Origin: a virus
Virus record (IMG/VR): IMGVR_UViG_3300037454_000906
Coordinates: 32,001 to 96,000 of that record
DNA length: 64,000 nucleotides
Strand: one strand, 5' to 3'
The notes under the pieces are model-generated. The model did not search any database and was not told the origin of the DNA. It saw only the letters and a program-made list of their open reading frames with translations. The position numbers were made by a program, and so were the translations under genes. Each line of letters opens with the position of its first letter. Within the stretch, counting starts at the first letter, position 1. Positions 29,116-39,644 of the stretch are shown here, in pieces.

Positions 29116-29448
29116 CTAGATGTCGAGGTCGTTGATGGTGTAGACATCGGTGCGGGTGGAGCCGTCAGCGATGTAGATCTGCTTCACCATGATGGTAGTC
29201 GCGCCGTTGGCGATTGCCTCGCATACCGCCCCGACATTCGGTTCGATTGAGTTGCCCTCGTCGTCCTCGATGGTGATGTCCTTGATGTCGTCCATAGCGA
29301 GCGTGGCCGCCACATCGTCTGAGAGCGCGGGAACGAGGTCATCCGTGGTCTCCCCGTGCGCCATGATGACCACCGGAACCATCTCGCGGTCAATTTGGTC
29401 GCTGAGGTTAAGGTGGTCGCCGCAGGAATAGGTAGTCAGAAGTTTCAT
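29116..29448 (-). CDS. Hypothetical protein (MKLLTTY...)
   Basis: Start after AAGGAG; motif upstream. Confidence 0.75.
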   Translation of the reverse strand: MKLLTTYSCGDHLNLSDQIDREMVPVVIMAHGETTDDLVPALSDDVAATLAMDDIKDITIEDDEGNSIEPNVGAVCEAIANGATTIMVKQIYIADGSTRTDVYTINDLDI

Positions 29449-29526
29449 GTTGTCTCCTTGTCGTTGAACACGCACACGTTGGGCCCCCGGGTGCCCCCGA
29501 TCGCGGGACACGGGGAGCACGGATGG

Positions 29527-29826
29527 CTACGCCTGCATGACGGAAAGTCCGAGGTCCGGGTTCCCGTAGAGCCATGCGTTGTAGATTACGTCATAGTCCA
29601 TGTTGAGCAGGGTGGCCAGTTTCTCAAACAGGCGCTCGCGGACAACGCTGTCGCCCACCCCGATATAATCATAGATGTCCTTGTGTTCGCGGAGCGTCTG
29701 AATTGCTCCCGCAAAGGTTCCCGTAATCCGATTACCGAGGGTATCGTCCGGGAAAGCCTTTTTGTACCACGGCTTGATTGCCTTGTTGAACGGCTTCATT
29801 CCCTTGTTGATTTCGCGTTTAGCCAT
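29527..29826 (-). CDS. Hypothetical protein
   Basis: 99 aa, AAGGAGG RBS. Confidence 0.75.
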   Translation of the reverse strand: MAKREINKGMKPFNKAIKPWYKKAFPDDTLGNRITGTFAGAIQTLREHKDIYDYIGVGDSVVRERLFEKLATLLNMDYDVIYNAWLYGNPDLGLSVMQA

Positions 29827-29853
29827 GCCGTTGCCTCCTTGGTTAAGATGGTG

Positions 29854-30252
29854 TTAGTCCTTGCACTCGAAGTCGAAGAAGTCTTCATCACAATGGTCAC
29901 ATGTCCATCGGTATTCACCCACCTCGGACGGGGTAACCTTGCGCCCGCAGCGCGGGCAATGGCGGTGATTCGCGTTGTCGCTTACTATGGGCAAGATGGT
30001 CCATCGGATGTTGTGGGCATCGTGTTCGGCGCGGTCGAGGACAACCTCGTGCTCGAAGATGATGATGGTGCCGTCATGGTCCTCCTGCTCCTTTTCCGCG
30101 ACACGATTGGCAAAGTCTTTCGCCTCGTCATGCGAGGGGAAATCCCTGGCGTACGCGGTCACATGGGTGTTCTCGGGGTCATCCGAGTGCTTGATTACGA
30201 CGTAGCGTTCGTCGGCCCCCTCGTTTCCTTGTTTCTGTTCGTGCTTTGCCAT
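29854..30252 (-). CDS. Hypothetical protein with C-terminal Zn ribbon
   Basis: CPRCG...CDHC; AAGGAG RBS; motif upstream. Confidence 0.75.
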   Translation of the reverse strand: MAKHEQKQGNEGADERYVVIKHSDDPENTHVTAYARDFPSHDEAKDFANRVAEKEQEDHDGTIIIFEHEVVLDRAEHDAHNIRWTILPIVSDNANHRHCPRCGRKVTPSEVGEYRWTCDHCDEDFFDFECKD

Positions 30253-30496
30253 GTCGTCTCCTTGTCTCTGAACGTGCCCACGTTGTATCCCCGGGCCCCA
30301 CCGCCCGCGGGAATCCGGATACCCGGTGGGGGGAATGGGAAAATTGAAAAATAAAGTGCCCGTTTGGGCACCTCATTCCGATCGAGGTCACTTCGCGCGC
30401 TCGGGGGCGCGGACCTTTGCCACTTTCAGCTGCCCGTTGGAACCCGGGACGAGCATCGGTGCGCTATATTGCTTCTCTTCGCGCATTCTGTTCTCC

Positions 30497-30952
30497 TTAG
30501 TTGAAGTCAAGTTTGAAATCCAGGTCGCTCGCGACGGCCATCATGTAGAGGTTGTGGTGCACGAACTCATTCACTTTCATGGCCAGGAAGAGCATGTCCC
30601 CCGCATTGTCCGCATGGAACGTGCCGTGGAGAAGGCGGTTCCCGTTCCCCCCGTTTTCCGCGTTCGCGCTGTCGAAGCGGATGGAACACACTTCCACGTC
30701 AATGTCCCCGTTGTTCGTGTGGTTGGGCGTGAACAGGATGTCGAGCCTGGGATATTCGTGCGTGGTCCCGACGAGTCGGCTCCCGCTCCTGTCGCGGGGG
30801 ACCGCCTTGCAGGCGAACATCTTGATAGTGCCGTTCTCGTTCTCCACGGGGACAAGCTCGCCCATGCCCCAGTGCTCGTGGGCAATCTCGTTGAAATTGT
30901 TGGTCTCCCCAATCGTTTTCAGCATCTTGGCCGTCTTTTCGGTAAAGTACAT
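30497..30952 (-). CDS. Hypothetical protein (MYFTEKT...)
   Basis: Start after AAGGAG; motif upstream. Confidence 0.75.
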   Translation of the reverse strand: MYFTEKTAKMLKTIGETNNFNEIAHEHWGMGELVPVENENGTIKMFACKAVPRDRSGSRLVGTTHEYPRLDILFTPNHTNNGDIDVEVCSIRFDSANAENGGNGNRLLHGTFHADNAGDMLFLAMKVNEFVHHNLYMMAVASDLDFKLDFN

Positions 30953-31071
30953 GTCGCGTCTCCTTGTCATTGCATCCCCACGATGTGCCGCCGGGTCCCC
31001 CCGTCCGTGGGACACCGGGCACACGGTGGGCATAGGGACCCAGGGGCAAAAAAATGTAAAAATAAAAATAC

Positions 31072-31103
31072 AAAAAGGGGCGCCTGCTCACGCAGGCGCC
31101 CCC
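31072..31103 (-). terminator. Intrinsic terminator
   Basis: GGGGCGCCTGC-tcac-GCAGGCGCCCC followed by TTTTT on the minus strand. Confidence 0.8.
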
Positions 31104-31123
31104 GTTGGGATGGATGGAATTTT

Positions 31124-31318
31124 TTAGTCAGTCAGCTCGGGTGGGTTGTCGATGGGCACAACCTTTTGCTTGGGGTATGCCTTTTTCATTCTCGCCAGGG
31201 CCATCCACTTTGATTCGTCAAAGATGGACTTGGTTGCGGTGTATCCCGTGAAGTGAACCTCGAAGAGGAACTTCTTCTTGGGATATTTTCCGAGAGTGGG
31301 TTGAATGGGTGTCGCCAT
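31124..31318 (-). CDS. Small hypothetical protein
   Basis: 64 aa, GAGG RBS. Confidence 0.65.
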   Translation of the reverse strand: MATPIQPTLGKYPKKKFLFEVHFTGYTATKSIFDESKWMALARMKKAYPKQKVVPIDNPPELTD

Positions 31319-31326
31319 TGTTCCTC

Positions 31327-31653
31327 CTAGAAGTAGTTGCCCGCGCCGTCACCCTCTTCGTAGAGGGAGTTCGTTTCGGTGGAAAGTATCGTCACGGAGA
31401 GATCGTCGATTGCCGGGACGGTATCGAGGTCGATTTCCAGGTCACACTGGTCCTTGCCGGACTCATCTTCTTCCGGCGTAAGTTCGCGTGCTTTATGCCA
31501 CATCTCGACCTCTTCGGGGACAAGGCGGATGGTAGTGTCCCAATAGCAATCGTTTTGCGCGAGAAGTCTGCAATCCGCTTCATCAACGGCATCTTGCAAC
31601 TGCTTTGCCAAACTGCGAATCTTCGCAAGCTGTTCTTCGGGAATCTTTCTCAT
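31327..31653 (-). CDS. Hypothetical protein
   Basis: 108 aa, AAGGAG RBS, motif upstream. Confidence 0.75.
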   Translation of the reverse strand: MRKIPEEQLAKIRSLAKQLQDAVDEADCRLLAQNDCYWDTTIRLVPEEVEMWHKARELTPEEDESGKDQCDLEIDLDTVPAIDDLSVTILSTETNSLYEEGDGAGNYF

Positions 31654-31738
31654 GATTTCTCCTTGTTTCTGTGTTGCCCATACGATGCACCCCCGGCCCC
31701 CACCTTGTCGGGGGTGCCGGGCGCACGGAAGTCATGCT

Positions 31739-32119
31739 TCATCGTCGTCGGGTCAATTTTTCATCTGCCGACTTTCGGATTTCTGATGTGGTGGATTTCA
31801 TAGTCTTTGCGAGCGTGTCCGGGGAATCGCGGGCGTGCTGCACTATGGCATCCTTGGTGTCCTTGGCCATCTCGACCGCCTTTTTCTTGGCCGAGTCAAC
31901 CATCTCGCCGCCCTTTTCGGCCACGACCTCGCCCGCCCCCGATGCTACCTCGGTGGCAATGTCCAGGGTAGCGGAGACCGCATCCGTGGCCATCGCGCCC
32001 ACGAGCTTCCCCGTGGACTTGGCCGCTTCGCGGGCTGCCGTCTTGGTGTCCTCCCCGCATCCGGTGAGGAGGATGGCGAAGATGGCCATTATGCCGAAGA
32101 GTGTCATGATCTTCTTCAT
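31739..32119 (-). CDS. Putative lipoprotein
   Basis: Signal peptide with lipobox LLTGC; A/K-rich helical body. Confidence 0.7.
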   Translation of the reverse strand: MKKIMTLFGIMAIFAILLTGCGEDTKTAAREAAKSTGKLVGAMATDAVSATLDIATEVASGAGEVVAEKGGEMVDSAKKKAVEMAKDTKDAIVQHARDSPDTLAKTMKSTTSEIRKSADEKLTRRR

Positions 32120-32646
32120 GTGGTATCTCCTTTTGTTTGGTTAAACTTTGGTACCACTCTACAATTAAGCTATCGCCCCACATAAATGTACAGTCAAGCC
32201 CTCACTTGCATTTATGAGCTAGACCTTCCAAGTTTTTTCGTGGCGACCGGGTCGTTATGCCGGACCTGTACCCCATGTTTCTTGTGACCCCACGTTGTCC
32301 CGCCGAGTACCACCGGAACCGAGGGGGTCACTGCACGGTGTGTTCCGAGTGATAGTTGAACATTGGTCACCTGCCTGGTGACGAAAATGTTGCCCGCGGA
32401 TGACGGCATTGTGTTGTGGCAAGGTACGCCAACGCCACCCGCGGGCTCCCCCAGGGAAAGGGGGATTTTTAAATTTTTTACTTCATGCGGTCTCCTTTGC
32501 CCACGGGTTGGATATGCGCGGGACGGTGCCTGGTGAATTGCTCGCGGACTGCCTGGCGGAACGGCATTACCCCTATCGGTTCATATTCGCCCGCCATGTC
32601 CTTGATCTGTACCATGTAAAGTCTTTCTTCTTTCACGATTCCTCGC

Positions 32647-33018
32647 TTATCTTACGCTCACGGCATACACCTTGAACGAGTGACAGCAGTCAATATCGAC
32701 CATCGCTTCCACCTCGAAGGCATCGCGCCAAACGTACCGTTCCTTGACATGGATGGGCTCCCCGTGCTCACCCGTCTGTATGGGCGGGACTTCCTTTCGG
32801 ATATGCACCGACCACGAATACTTGTGGATGCCATCATGTTCGGGAACGCGGGGGTTGGGTCCGGGGAACACCACCGTGTCCTCCCCGAACTGATCGCGGG
32901 CAATCTTGCCCACTTCGGACAGGAAGTCCTCGTGGGTCACGTAGATGGGGTTTTCGTTGTCGAGGGTTTCAAAGTCAGCACGTAGCTTGTTCTCTATCTG
33001 TTGGCAAGTCAGTTTCAT
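32647..33018 (-). CDS. Hypothetical protein (MKLTCQQ...)
   Basis: Start after AAAGGAG; motif upstream. Confidence 0.75.
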   Translation of the reverse strand: MKLTCQQIENKLRADFETLDNENPIYVTHEDFLSEVGKIARDQFGEDTVVFPGPNPRVPEHDGIHKYSWSVHIRKEVPPIQTGEHGEPIHVKERYVWRDAFEVEAMVDIDCCHSFKVYAVSVR

Positions 33019-33096
33019 GTCCGCTCCTTTCGTTGAACGTGCCCACGTTGTGCCGCCGGGGTGCACTGGATACGGTGCACCCGGTACACGGTTTAC

Positions 33097-33390
33097 TTAG
33101 TTACTCCATGCAGGTGATTTACACCGCGTAGGTGAGGTCGCATGTGCTCTATCATATTCTCTAATCTTGTATTTCAGTTTGCGTAATTCATCAGCACTGC
33201 ATTTTACTACAAACTTATATGCGTCATAATTAGCAATAGCGGTCCGTTGTTCATCGTTATAACAAGAAGGATGTGTACCAATAGTTTCTTGAGCATCTTG
33301 CTTCGCAATTAGCAAACCACGTTCATAAAAATGAAATTTTTCTAATGCCTCTGCATATTGTTTTCTTAAGCCATCACATATCAGTGCCAT
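33097..33390 (-). CDS. AT-rich hypothetical protein
   Basis: 97 aa; AT-rich codon usage unlike neighbours; truncated motif upstream. Confidence 0.7.
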   Translation of the reverse strand: MALICDGLRKQYAEALEKFHFYERGLLIAKQDAQETIGTHPSCYNDEQRTAIANYDAYKFVVKCSADELRKLKYKIREYDRAHATSPTRCKSPAWSN

Positions 33391-33450
33391 ATAAAATTTC
33401 CTTTCCTTGAACGTGTCTGCGATGTTCCCTGGGTGCCACGGGATCGGGCA

Positions 33451-34029
33451 CTACTTCGATCTTCGCTCAAAGGCAACTTTGATGTAATCCTCGCCATTGC
33501 CGACATATGTATTGAGAATATCCCAACCTGTGGAACCTACCTTATTCCAAGGCCGGTCGAGGTAGAAACTGCGCATGGCGTTGATTGTTTCCACCACGGA
33601 AGCGCCCTCATCAAACTTTACGGGCATGACCTTGTCATATCCATCGGACACATCCACAAGTTCAAAGCCCAACTGAACACACTTGCCATCGTCAACGATG
33701 TCAATGAGTTCCACCTCGTCCTCGCCCTCTTCATGGAGCTCTGCTGTGTCGGAGAGTACATTGCTGAGCAGGCTATCGGGCATGGGAACGATTTTCAGTT
33801 CTATGCCCCACTTGTTCTCGTCCTTGGCCTCTCCGGTCATTTCGTATTGGTTTTTCGCGTGCATGACATACTTGTAGTCGAAATCAAGGGAACCATCGTC
33901 CTCTTTATGGTGATAAGTTTCCTTTGAAGCGAGGACAACCTCGTCATCCACATCGCGGATGGTGTCAAAAAGGTCGTTCGCCTTGAGAACATCATGGTCG
34001 AACGCCACACCGAAAATCTTGTGCTTCAT
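33451..34029 (-). CDS. Acidic hypothetical protein (MKHKIFG...)
   Basis: Start after AAAGGAG; motif upstream. Confidence 0.8.
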   Translation of the reverse strand: MKHKIFGVAFDHDVLKANDLFDTIRDVDDEVVLASKETYHHKEDDGSLDFDYKYVMHAKNQYEMTGEAKDENKWGIELKIVPMPDSLLSNVLSDTAELHEEGEDEVELIDIVDDGKCVQLGFELVDVSDGYDKVMPVKFDEGASVVETINAMRSFYLDRPWNKVGSTGWDILNTYVGNGEDYIKVAFERRSK

Positions 34030-34195
34030 TCTTGTAACTCCTTTCGTTGAACGTGCCCACGTTGTGCAGCCGGATCCCACCACCCGCGGGGCACAGGGCA
34101 TACGGTGGCGCCGATTCCAAAAATTAAAAATTAAGTGCCCAAGTGGGCACTAATGGAACATGATGGACTAACAGTCGGAATCTTCTTCGTCCTGG

Positions 34196-34753
34196 CTATT
34201 CGTAGATGCTGTATACGTTATGGTACGTCAGTCCGCCCTGGTCGAGCAGAATCCATCCATCGGGGTCCAAATTGTTCATGTCGCACACACCTTTGAGCGC
34301 GTCATTGGAACTAATCGGGGGCAATTTTCCATCGAACCCTACCCATTGGCATAGGTTATCGAGGAATTTCAACCCGTTGGCTGTCGAAAGGTCGGCACTG
34401 CTGTCGGGGTTAATGAGTTCGAGCTTTCCCTTCTTGGCCAGCTTGCGCTCGGCAGTGTCCGTGACCTCATAGAGGTCGGGAATTATGCTGTTGTGGAAGT
34501 TAGCCCAGTTGCCGTTGATTTGAGTGCGATCGTTATCACAGGAACTGTCATGGTATGTGAGCTGCAAGAGTTCATGGTACTTCGGGTTATAATAGACTGC
34601 GTAGTGGCGGTCAGATACTTCATGTGAATCCGTTACCTTAATACTCTTGACCTCGTCCGGTGTGAACGTGGAAAGAATACTATCCGTCAGTTTTACGCCG
34701 TCCGGCAGGTTGATTGCCACCGTAGCCTTGTAGGTTACTAACAGTCTTTGCAT
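34196..34753 (-). CDS. Hypothetical protein
   Basis: 185 aa, AAAGGAG RBS, motif upstream. Confidence 0.8.
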   Translation of the reverse strand: MQRLLVTYKATVAINLPDGVKLTDSILSTFTPDEVKSIKVTDSHEVSDRHYAVYYNPKYHELLQLTYHDSSCDNDRTQINGNWANFHNSIIPDLYEVTDTAERKLAKKGKLELINPDSSADLSTANGLKFLDNLCQWVGFDGKLPPISSNDALKGVCDMNNLDPDGWILLDQGGLTYHNVYSIYE

Positions 34754-34804
34754 AATGTCTCCTTTCGTTGAACGTGCCCACGATGTTCCATCGGGTCCCC
34801 CCGA

Positions 34805-35074
34805 TCATGGTGAGGTCCTGTCACGGTCGGACGGCGACCACCATCGGGTGTCCTCAAACGAGGAGCCGTCATTCAGAGAGTTCTCGTTGTCGGATAGATA
34901 GACACGGCAATGGTTTGAAAATTCGCCTATGGTGCGTTCTACCCTGGATACGATACCGCGCACCCGCTTGTCGTCATTATACCCGACCTGCACATCGTCA
35001 CCCACACGGGGTGTCTCGTTGACCTGCACCAAGTAGGAACGGCCACACCAATCTACTATTTCAATATGGAGCAT
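34805..35074 (-). CDS. Hypothetical protein (MLHIEIVD...)
   Basis: Start after GAGGAGG. Confidence 0.7.
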   Translation of the reverse strand: MLHIEIVDWCGRSYLVQVNETPRVGDDVQVGYNDDKRVRGIVSRVERTIGEFSNHCRVYLSDNENSLNDGSSFEDTRWWSPSDRDRTSP

Positions 35075-35084
35075 GGGTTCCTCC

Positions 35085-35594
35085 TCAGTAATTGAGCATA
35101 TTGCGGAGTTTTTCCGCATTGGATTTTTCAAGTTTTTTCTCGGCAAGTTTGCCCGCCTTGTGCCCTTCAAGCATGGCGACAATGGTCGCGACCGCATGGG
35201 TGAGCGAAGTCTGCTGAATGAACTCAAAGTCAAAGGTAGTGCCGTAAGAGTTCTGCTCAAAGATGTGATGGCTTTCAACCACGTTCCCCTGCATATACTT
35301 GCCAATCTGGTCACCACTGACAATCCCCCAATGGACAAGCACACAAGCGCACTTGATGTAATTGTCGCTTCGTTCGTGGTGATACGTGAAGAATGGGCAT
35401 ATTGAGGTGGCCACGAAGAGGACTGCGACCTCATTTTCGCCCGCCTTGGGCTTCTCGGACATAATGAATTCGGCAATGGCCGATTCGTCGTGAAGTTCCA
35501 CCCCGTAGCGGTTGTCGGGGCCACATGGGCTATAACTGAAGGCAAGCACCCCGTTCATGGAAGTAGGCTTGGCGTTAGCGTAAATGGTCTGCAT
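35085..35594 (-). CDS. Hypothetical protein (MQTIYAN...)
   Basis: Start after AAAGGAG; motif upstream. Confidence 0.75.
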   Translation of the reverse strand: MQTIYANAKPTSMNGVLAFSYSPCGPDNRYGVELHDESAIAEFIMSEKPKAGENEVAVLFVATSICPFFTYHHERSDNYIKCACVLVHWGIVSGDQIGKYMQGNVVESHHIFEQNSYGTTFDFEFIQQTSLTHAVATIVAMLEGHKAGKLAEKKLEKSNAEKLRNMLNY

Positions 35595-35670
35595 ATCTGC
35601 TCCTTTCGTTGAACATCCCCACGTTGTCACACCGGGCACCACCGCGCATGGCACGCGGTGTACACGGCAT

Positions 35671-36117
35671 TTACCCATAATGGACGAAGAACGCATCATC
35701 AATGATGTCGCCATACTTTTGCTGCATGGCGGTGTATTCTTCGGTGGGCTTGTAGATATCCCCAAAACTTACGGAGAAATACAGGCCGTCCACCATGTCG
35801 TGGCAGTCCCCCTCGTTGGCCTTGTCGTGATATTCCGGCCAGATGCTGATGTTGGTTTCGTTGGTGAACTTGCCGGAAATCTCGTCCCATAGGGCATTGA
35901 GTGTCTTGTATTCCTGGCGGTCGGTGTCAATGTCGCCCGGATTTTCAAGGCTGAGCGTCTGCGCAAGAACTTCGCGGTCGCACACTTCGTGCTCGGTAAA
36001 CTTGTACCCGTTGAACTTTCTGATGAACTCATTGACAAGATTCTCGTCCCCGACCACCTTGATGAGGTTGTCGGCGCTGATTATGTGGGCACTGTTCGCG
36101 CCATATCCCGTAGCCAT
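35671..36117 (-). CDS. Hypothetical protein (MATGYGA...)
   Basis: Start after GGAGG. Confidence 0.75.
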   Translation of the reverse strand: MATGYGANSAHIISADNLIKVVGDENLVNEFIRKFNGYKFTEHEVCDREVLAQTLSLENPGDIDTDRQEYKTLNALWDEISGKFTNETNISIWPEYHDKANEGDCHDMVDGLYFSVSFGDIYKPTEEYTAMQQKYGDIIDDAFFVHYG

Positions 36118-36145
36118 GCGGCACCTCCGTTTTGAAAAATAAATT

Positions 36146-36523
36146 TTACCTTTCGAGCAGGTAACACCCCGCCCCTCCCGTGGCCATGAAGGTCCCCGTG
36201 CCGAGCACCAACGTGGTGCCGTCAGCCGTCCCGTAGGTCTCCGTGAGCCCGTCAGCCGAGTAGGGGACGGTGGCCTCTGTGCACCTCTCGTCACCGGAGT
36301 ACCCGATGCACACCCATGATCGGCTCTCGTACTTCGTTATCTCAACGTGAAACCGCGCTTCCGTGGTCTCACCCATCGGCACATGGTCAAGGCACCCTAT
36401 CCTGGTCACTTTCCCGTAGTCCGTGGAGGAACTTCCCACCACGCGCTCGTCGGGTACCTCAGTGGGCCCCGTGGAACACGAAACGGCCATGAGCAGGATT
36501 GCAAAAATTAAAAGTTTCTTCAT
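36146..36523 (-). CDS. Putative lipoprotein
   Basis: MKKLLIFAILLMAVSC lipobox. Confidence 0.7.
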   Translation of the reverse strand: MKKLLIFAILLMAVSCSTGPTEVPDERVVGSSSTDYGKVTRIGCLDHVPMGETTEARFHVEITKYESRSWVCIGYSGDERCTEATVPYSADGLTETYGTADGTTLVLGTGTFMATGGAGCYLLER

Positions 36524-36672
36524 GATGTTACCTCTCGTCCGTCGTATCCCACGGTGTGCTCCCGGATTCCACCGCCCCGGGATCCCCGGACACGCGGTGG
36601 GAAAGGATCTAAATTAGTGGACAAAGAGGGGCGGGCCGTGGCCCGTCCCCCTTGTTCAGCGGAGTCAGATAT

Positions 36673-36873
36673 TTAACATTCGTATGCCAGGTAGAATTCA
36701 AGGGAATCCTGGCAGTGATGGTATTGTTTGAGGAAATTCTCGGCTTCATCCGGCGCCATTTGATGCAGGTCGCGCCAGAGTCTGGAATAGAGACCCTGCG
36801 AACCCGCCATGTCACCGATGTAACCCATGAGTCGCCTTGAATCCGCGCTCAGCGTGTCATTCAATCTTGACAT
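36673..36873 (-). CDS. Small protein, paralog of 48689..48874
   Basis: Both have (S/A)QG(L/F)Y(S/G)RL...M(A/G)P(D/E)...L..YH.C.D motifs. Confidence 0.7.
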   Translation of the reverse strand: MSRLNDTLSADSRRLMGYIGDMAGSQGLYSRLWRDLHQMAPDEAENFLKQYHHCQDSLEFYLAYEC

Positions 36874-36882
36874 GTTGCCTCC

Positions 36883-37329
36883 TTATGCCGCTTCCAACTT
36901 GCTGCGCAGGTCACCGATTCGGTAGTAGAATCCCGATGTGTGCAGCGAATTGGCGAGCTTGAGATAGTGGATATCGTAGTGGTGCATGAACTCGTGCAGG
37001 AGCGTTCCCGTGAACGTCTTTATCGCGACAACCTTGTTGGTCTTTGCGGTATAGTTGTACACGTTGATGAACTTGCTCTCGTACACCCCGTTGCGCTTGT
37101 TGAGCCTGATGTAGCCCTTGGTGGTCACTCGGCCATTGACCTTTCGTGCCTTGTCGGCAACGTTGACCCTCACGCGGGGAATCTTGAACTCATCGCATAG
37201 GTAGTTGATGAGGTCCTGCGAGCTTGTCTCGCGGTCGCCAGTGTCGGCGAGCAAGGTCTGATATGCCGGAGTGGATAACTTCTCGCGATCAACTGTCGTG
37301 ATTGCTTTGGATTGTTCGTATGCGTCCAT
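36883..37329 (-). CDS. Zinc metallopeptidase-like protein (SprT/WLM-type HExxH)
   Basis: TLLHEFMHHYD...HTSGFY motif; AAGGAG RBS; motif upstream. Confidence 0.65.
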   Translation of the reverse strand: MDAYEQSKAITTVDREKLSTPAYQTLLADTGDRETSSQDLINYLCDEFKIPRVRVNVADKARKVNGRVTTKGYIRLNKRNGVYESKFINVYNYTAKTNKVVAIKTFTGTLLHEFMHHYDIHYLKLANSLHTSGFYYRIGDLRSKLEAA

Positions 37330-37471
37330 GCTTGACTCCTTTTATTGAACGTGCCCACGATGTATCCCCGGCCCCCACCAAGCGTGGGGCACCTGATACA
37401 TGGTGGGACGTGGCCAACACTAGTAAAAATTAATGCCCCTTTCGGGGCAAGGTTAGTGTTCAGATTCCCTG

Positions 37472-37879
37472 CTAGGGTTCAAATTCATGTCTTGCCTTGA
37501 CTCGCTCGTAGATACTAAGGATAGTCTGCTTGATAGACGGCCACCTATCCACGAATGCACCGAAGTGGTGGGGTGCGAAGTCATAGTAGAACCCTTCATC
37601 GTCCTTGAAGTGGTAATCACCGCAACCACTAGAAATATGAGGGTCATTGAACTTTGCCAAGGCAATGCAGCCTACACCCATCGCTATTCCACGTTCCTTG
37701 CAGATACTCCACCAATAGTGGTAGCCGTTCACTTCAAACTTGCCGCGTGCCCCATTGGAGTAAAGTTCATTAATGCAGTCCGCGGGAATGTTTTCCTTTA
37801 CCCAATTACGAATTTTGATTACATTCTTGATGGCAAGATAGTTCTTGTCACTCGGGTCTAAATCGTTGATGTTTCTCAT
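37472..37879 (-). CDS. Hypothetical protein (MRNINDL...)
   Basis: Start after AAAGGAG; motif upstream. Confidence 0.75.
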   Translation of the reverse strand: MRNINDLDPSDKNYLAIKNVIKIRNWVKENIPADCINELYSNGARGKFEVNGYHYWWSICKERGIAMGVGCIALAKFNDPHISSGCGDYHFKDDEGFYYDFAPHHFGAFVDRWPSIKQTILSIYERVKARHEFEP

Positions 37880-38532
37880 GTTGTACTCCTTTTGTTGAAC
37901 GTGTCCACGATGTATCTCCGGCCCCCACCGATCGTGGGGCGCCTGATACATGGTGGTGCAGCATGTCAAAATTGAAAAAAAGTGGCAGGGGATTTCTCCC
38001 CTGCCGTGTTCATCGGAGTCAGAAAATCAAACATTGTTGATTACTTCAATCTTGTCCTCGGGGAGCGATTCAAGGTAGGTCTCTATGCAATGCTTGACCT
38101 CGCACCACAGGAGTCCGTTTCCGTCCTTCCATTCCTCCCAAATCAATCCGTCAAGGGCCTTTTTGATGCCATACTCTTCGCGGCAGGAGAACCCCATCTC
38201 GCGGAACTGATCAAGGTCATGCATCTCGTCCATCACGGACACCAGCTCGCGCGCCCCGAAGTCATATCCGCCATACCTCCCTGTGGTGAGGATGATGGAA
38301 CTAAACGGAGAGGTCATGAGGATGCCATGATGGTCGGACACGTCATCCTGCTCGGAACTGTCGCTCGCGAAGTCCACATTTTTAACTCCTTTCGTTGAAC
38401 ATGCCCACGATGCGTCACCGGGGTCCACCGGGTGCGATGGGCCATGCACACGGATGGACAAAAGGTGTCCCCGCAAGAGGAGGCTCCGTCTCTAATGTGC
38501 CTGGGAGTTGTTCCTCCCCGTGCGGGGCAGTA

Positions 38533-38805
38533 TCATTTGATGGGCGTACGCTCCTTGTTCACAGACCATTCTTCACAGAAGCAAGAGAACGGGGCGAGTA
38601 GCGGACATAGCTCCTTGGCCCTGGCGATGGCCAGCTGAGCAAGCTCGCTATCGTTGGGCACGTGCGTCCCGTACACGCTGTCCGCGTTGACATCCGAGCC
38701 ATCGGGGTTGCACTGATGGTCAAGCGTGAGCCCCACCCATAGGGTCACGTCAAGGTTGCCTTCCTTGGGCAGCACGTGTACGTAATAGTGGAATTTTTCC
38801 CCCAT
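38533..38805 (-). CDS. Hypothetical protein
   Basis: 90 aa, GAGGAGG RBS. Confidence 0.65.
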   Translation of the reverse strand: MGEKFHYYVHVLPKEGNLDVTLWVGLTLDHQCNPDGSDVNADSVYGTHVPNDSELAQLAIARAKELCPLLAPFSCFCEEWSVNKERTPIK

Positions 38806-39105
38806 CTAGTCCTCCTCGCTAACTCGCTTGTTACGTGGTTTCTTGCGCTTGTCAGGCACCTTCCGTGTGCGGAGCTTGCGCCCGTTCTCGGTCTCGGATA
38901 TGCGGATGGCGCGCTGCCCCTTGCTTTCTTTCCCGTCAACCGAAATTGAAATTGTGATTGTCATGTTCTTCATCGCTGACTCCTTGTTTCCGAACGCACC
39001 CACGATGTGCCGCCGGGGTCCACCGCCCGCGCATCCAGCGGCACACGGTGGCACCGGGGCGAAATTGAAAGAAAAAGTAAACTTTCGTTTACCCTTTCTT
39101 CCCTA

Positions 39106-39393
39106 CCGTTAACTGAAACCTACCTAAATCTACCACTAGGACAGACCTACGTGATTTCCTGCCTTGCCCATTGCTGAGTAGGCCGTAACGGCACTTAATC
39201 AACCGCATCTACGCGATATACCTAATATGCATCAAGCAACACGGCTGACTTGCCTAGTCCTACTCCATTACTGAAGAGCCTTAACACGGTCGGCATATCA
39301 AACTAGGCATTGTTAAATATACATTATTTCCATTAGCATATTTAAGTATATTTAGTTAAATGTTGTTAACATTTTCGTTAACTGCTAACAACC
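39106..39393 (-). mobile_element. IS607-type mini-element copy 2
   Basis: Inverted, slightly diverged copy of 14517..14803; flanks TG|GG...GG|T. Confidence 0.85.
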
Positions 39394-39644
39394 CACACAC
39401 CAAGCATGAATACCGCGAAGGCGCCACCGAGCATCGGATGTACCGAGTAGAGGTATCCGGTCACGACGAGCGCTCCGATGAATGCGAGGCACCCCATGGT
39501 CGCCCTACTTGCGCCTGCGGAACCTGCCGTAAAGGTCGGTGTTCCCGTTGGAGTGTACGTTCACGGGGCGCACAGAGGGCAGTCCCGCGCTCTTCGCGGC
39601 AAAGGAGGCGAATTTGAAAAATTTTGTGGAGATGAGTCTGAGCA

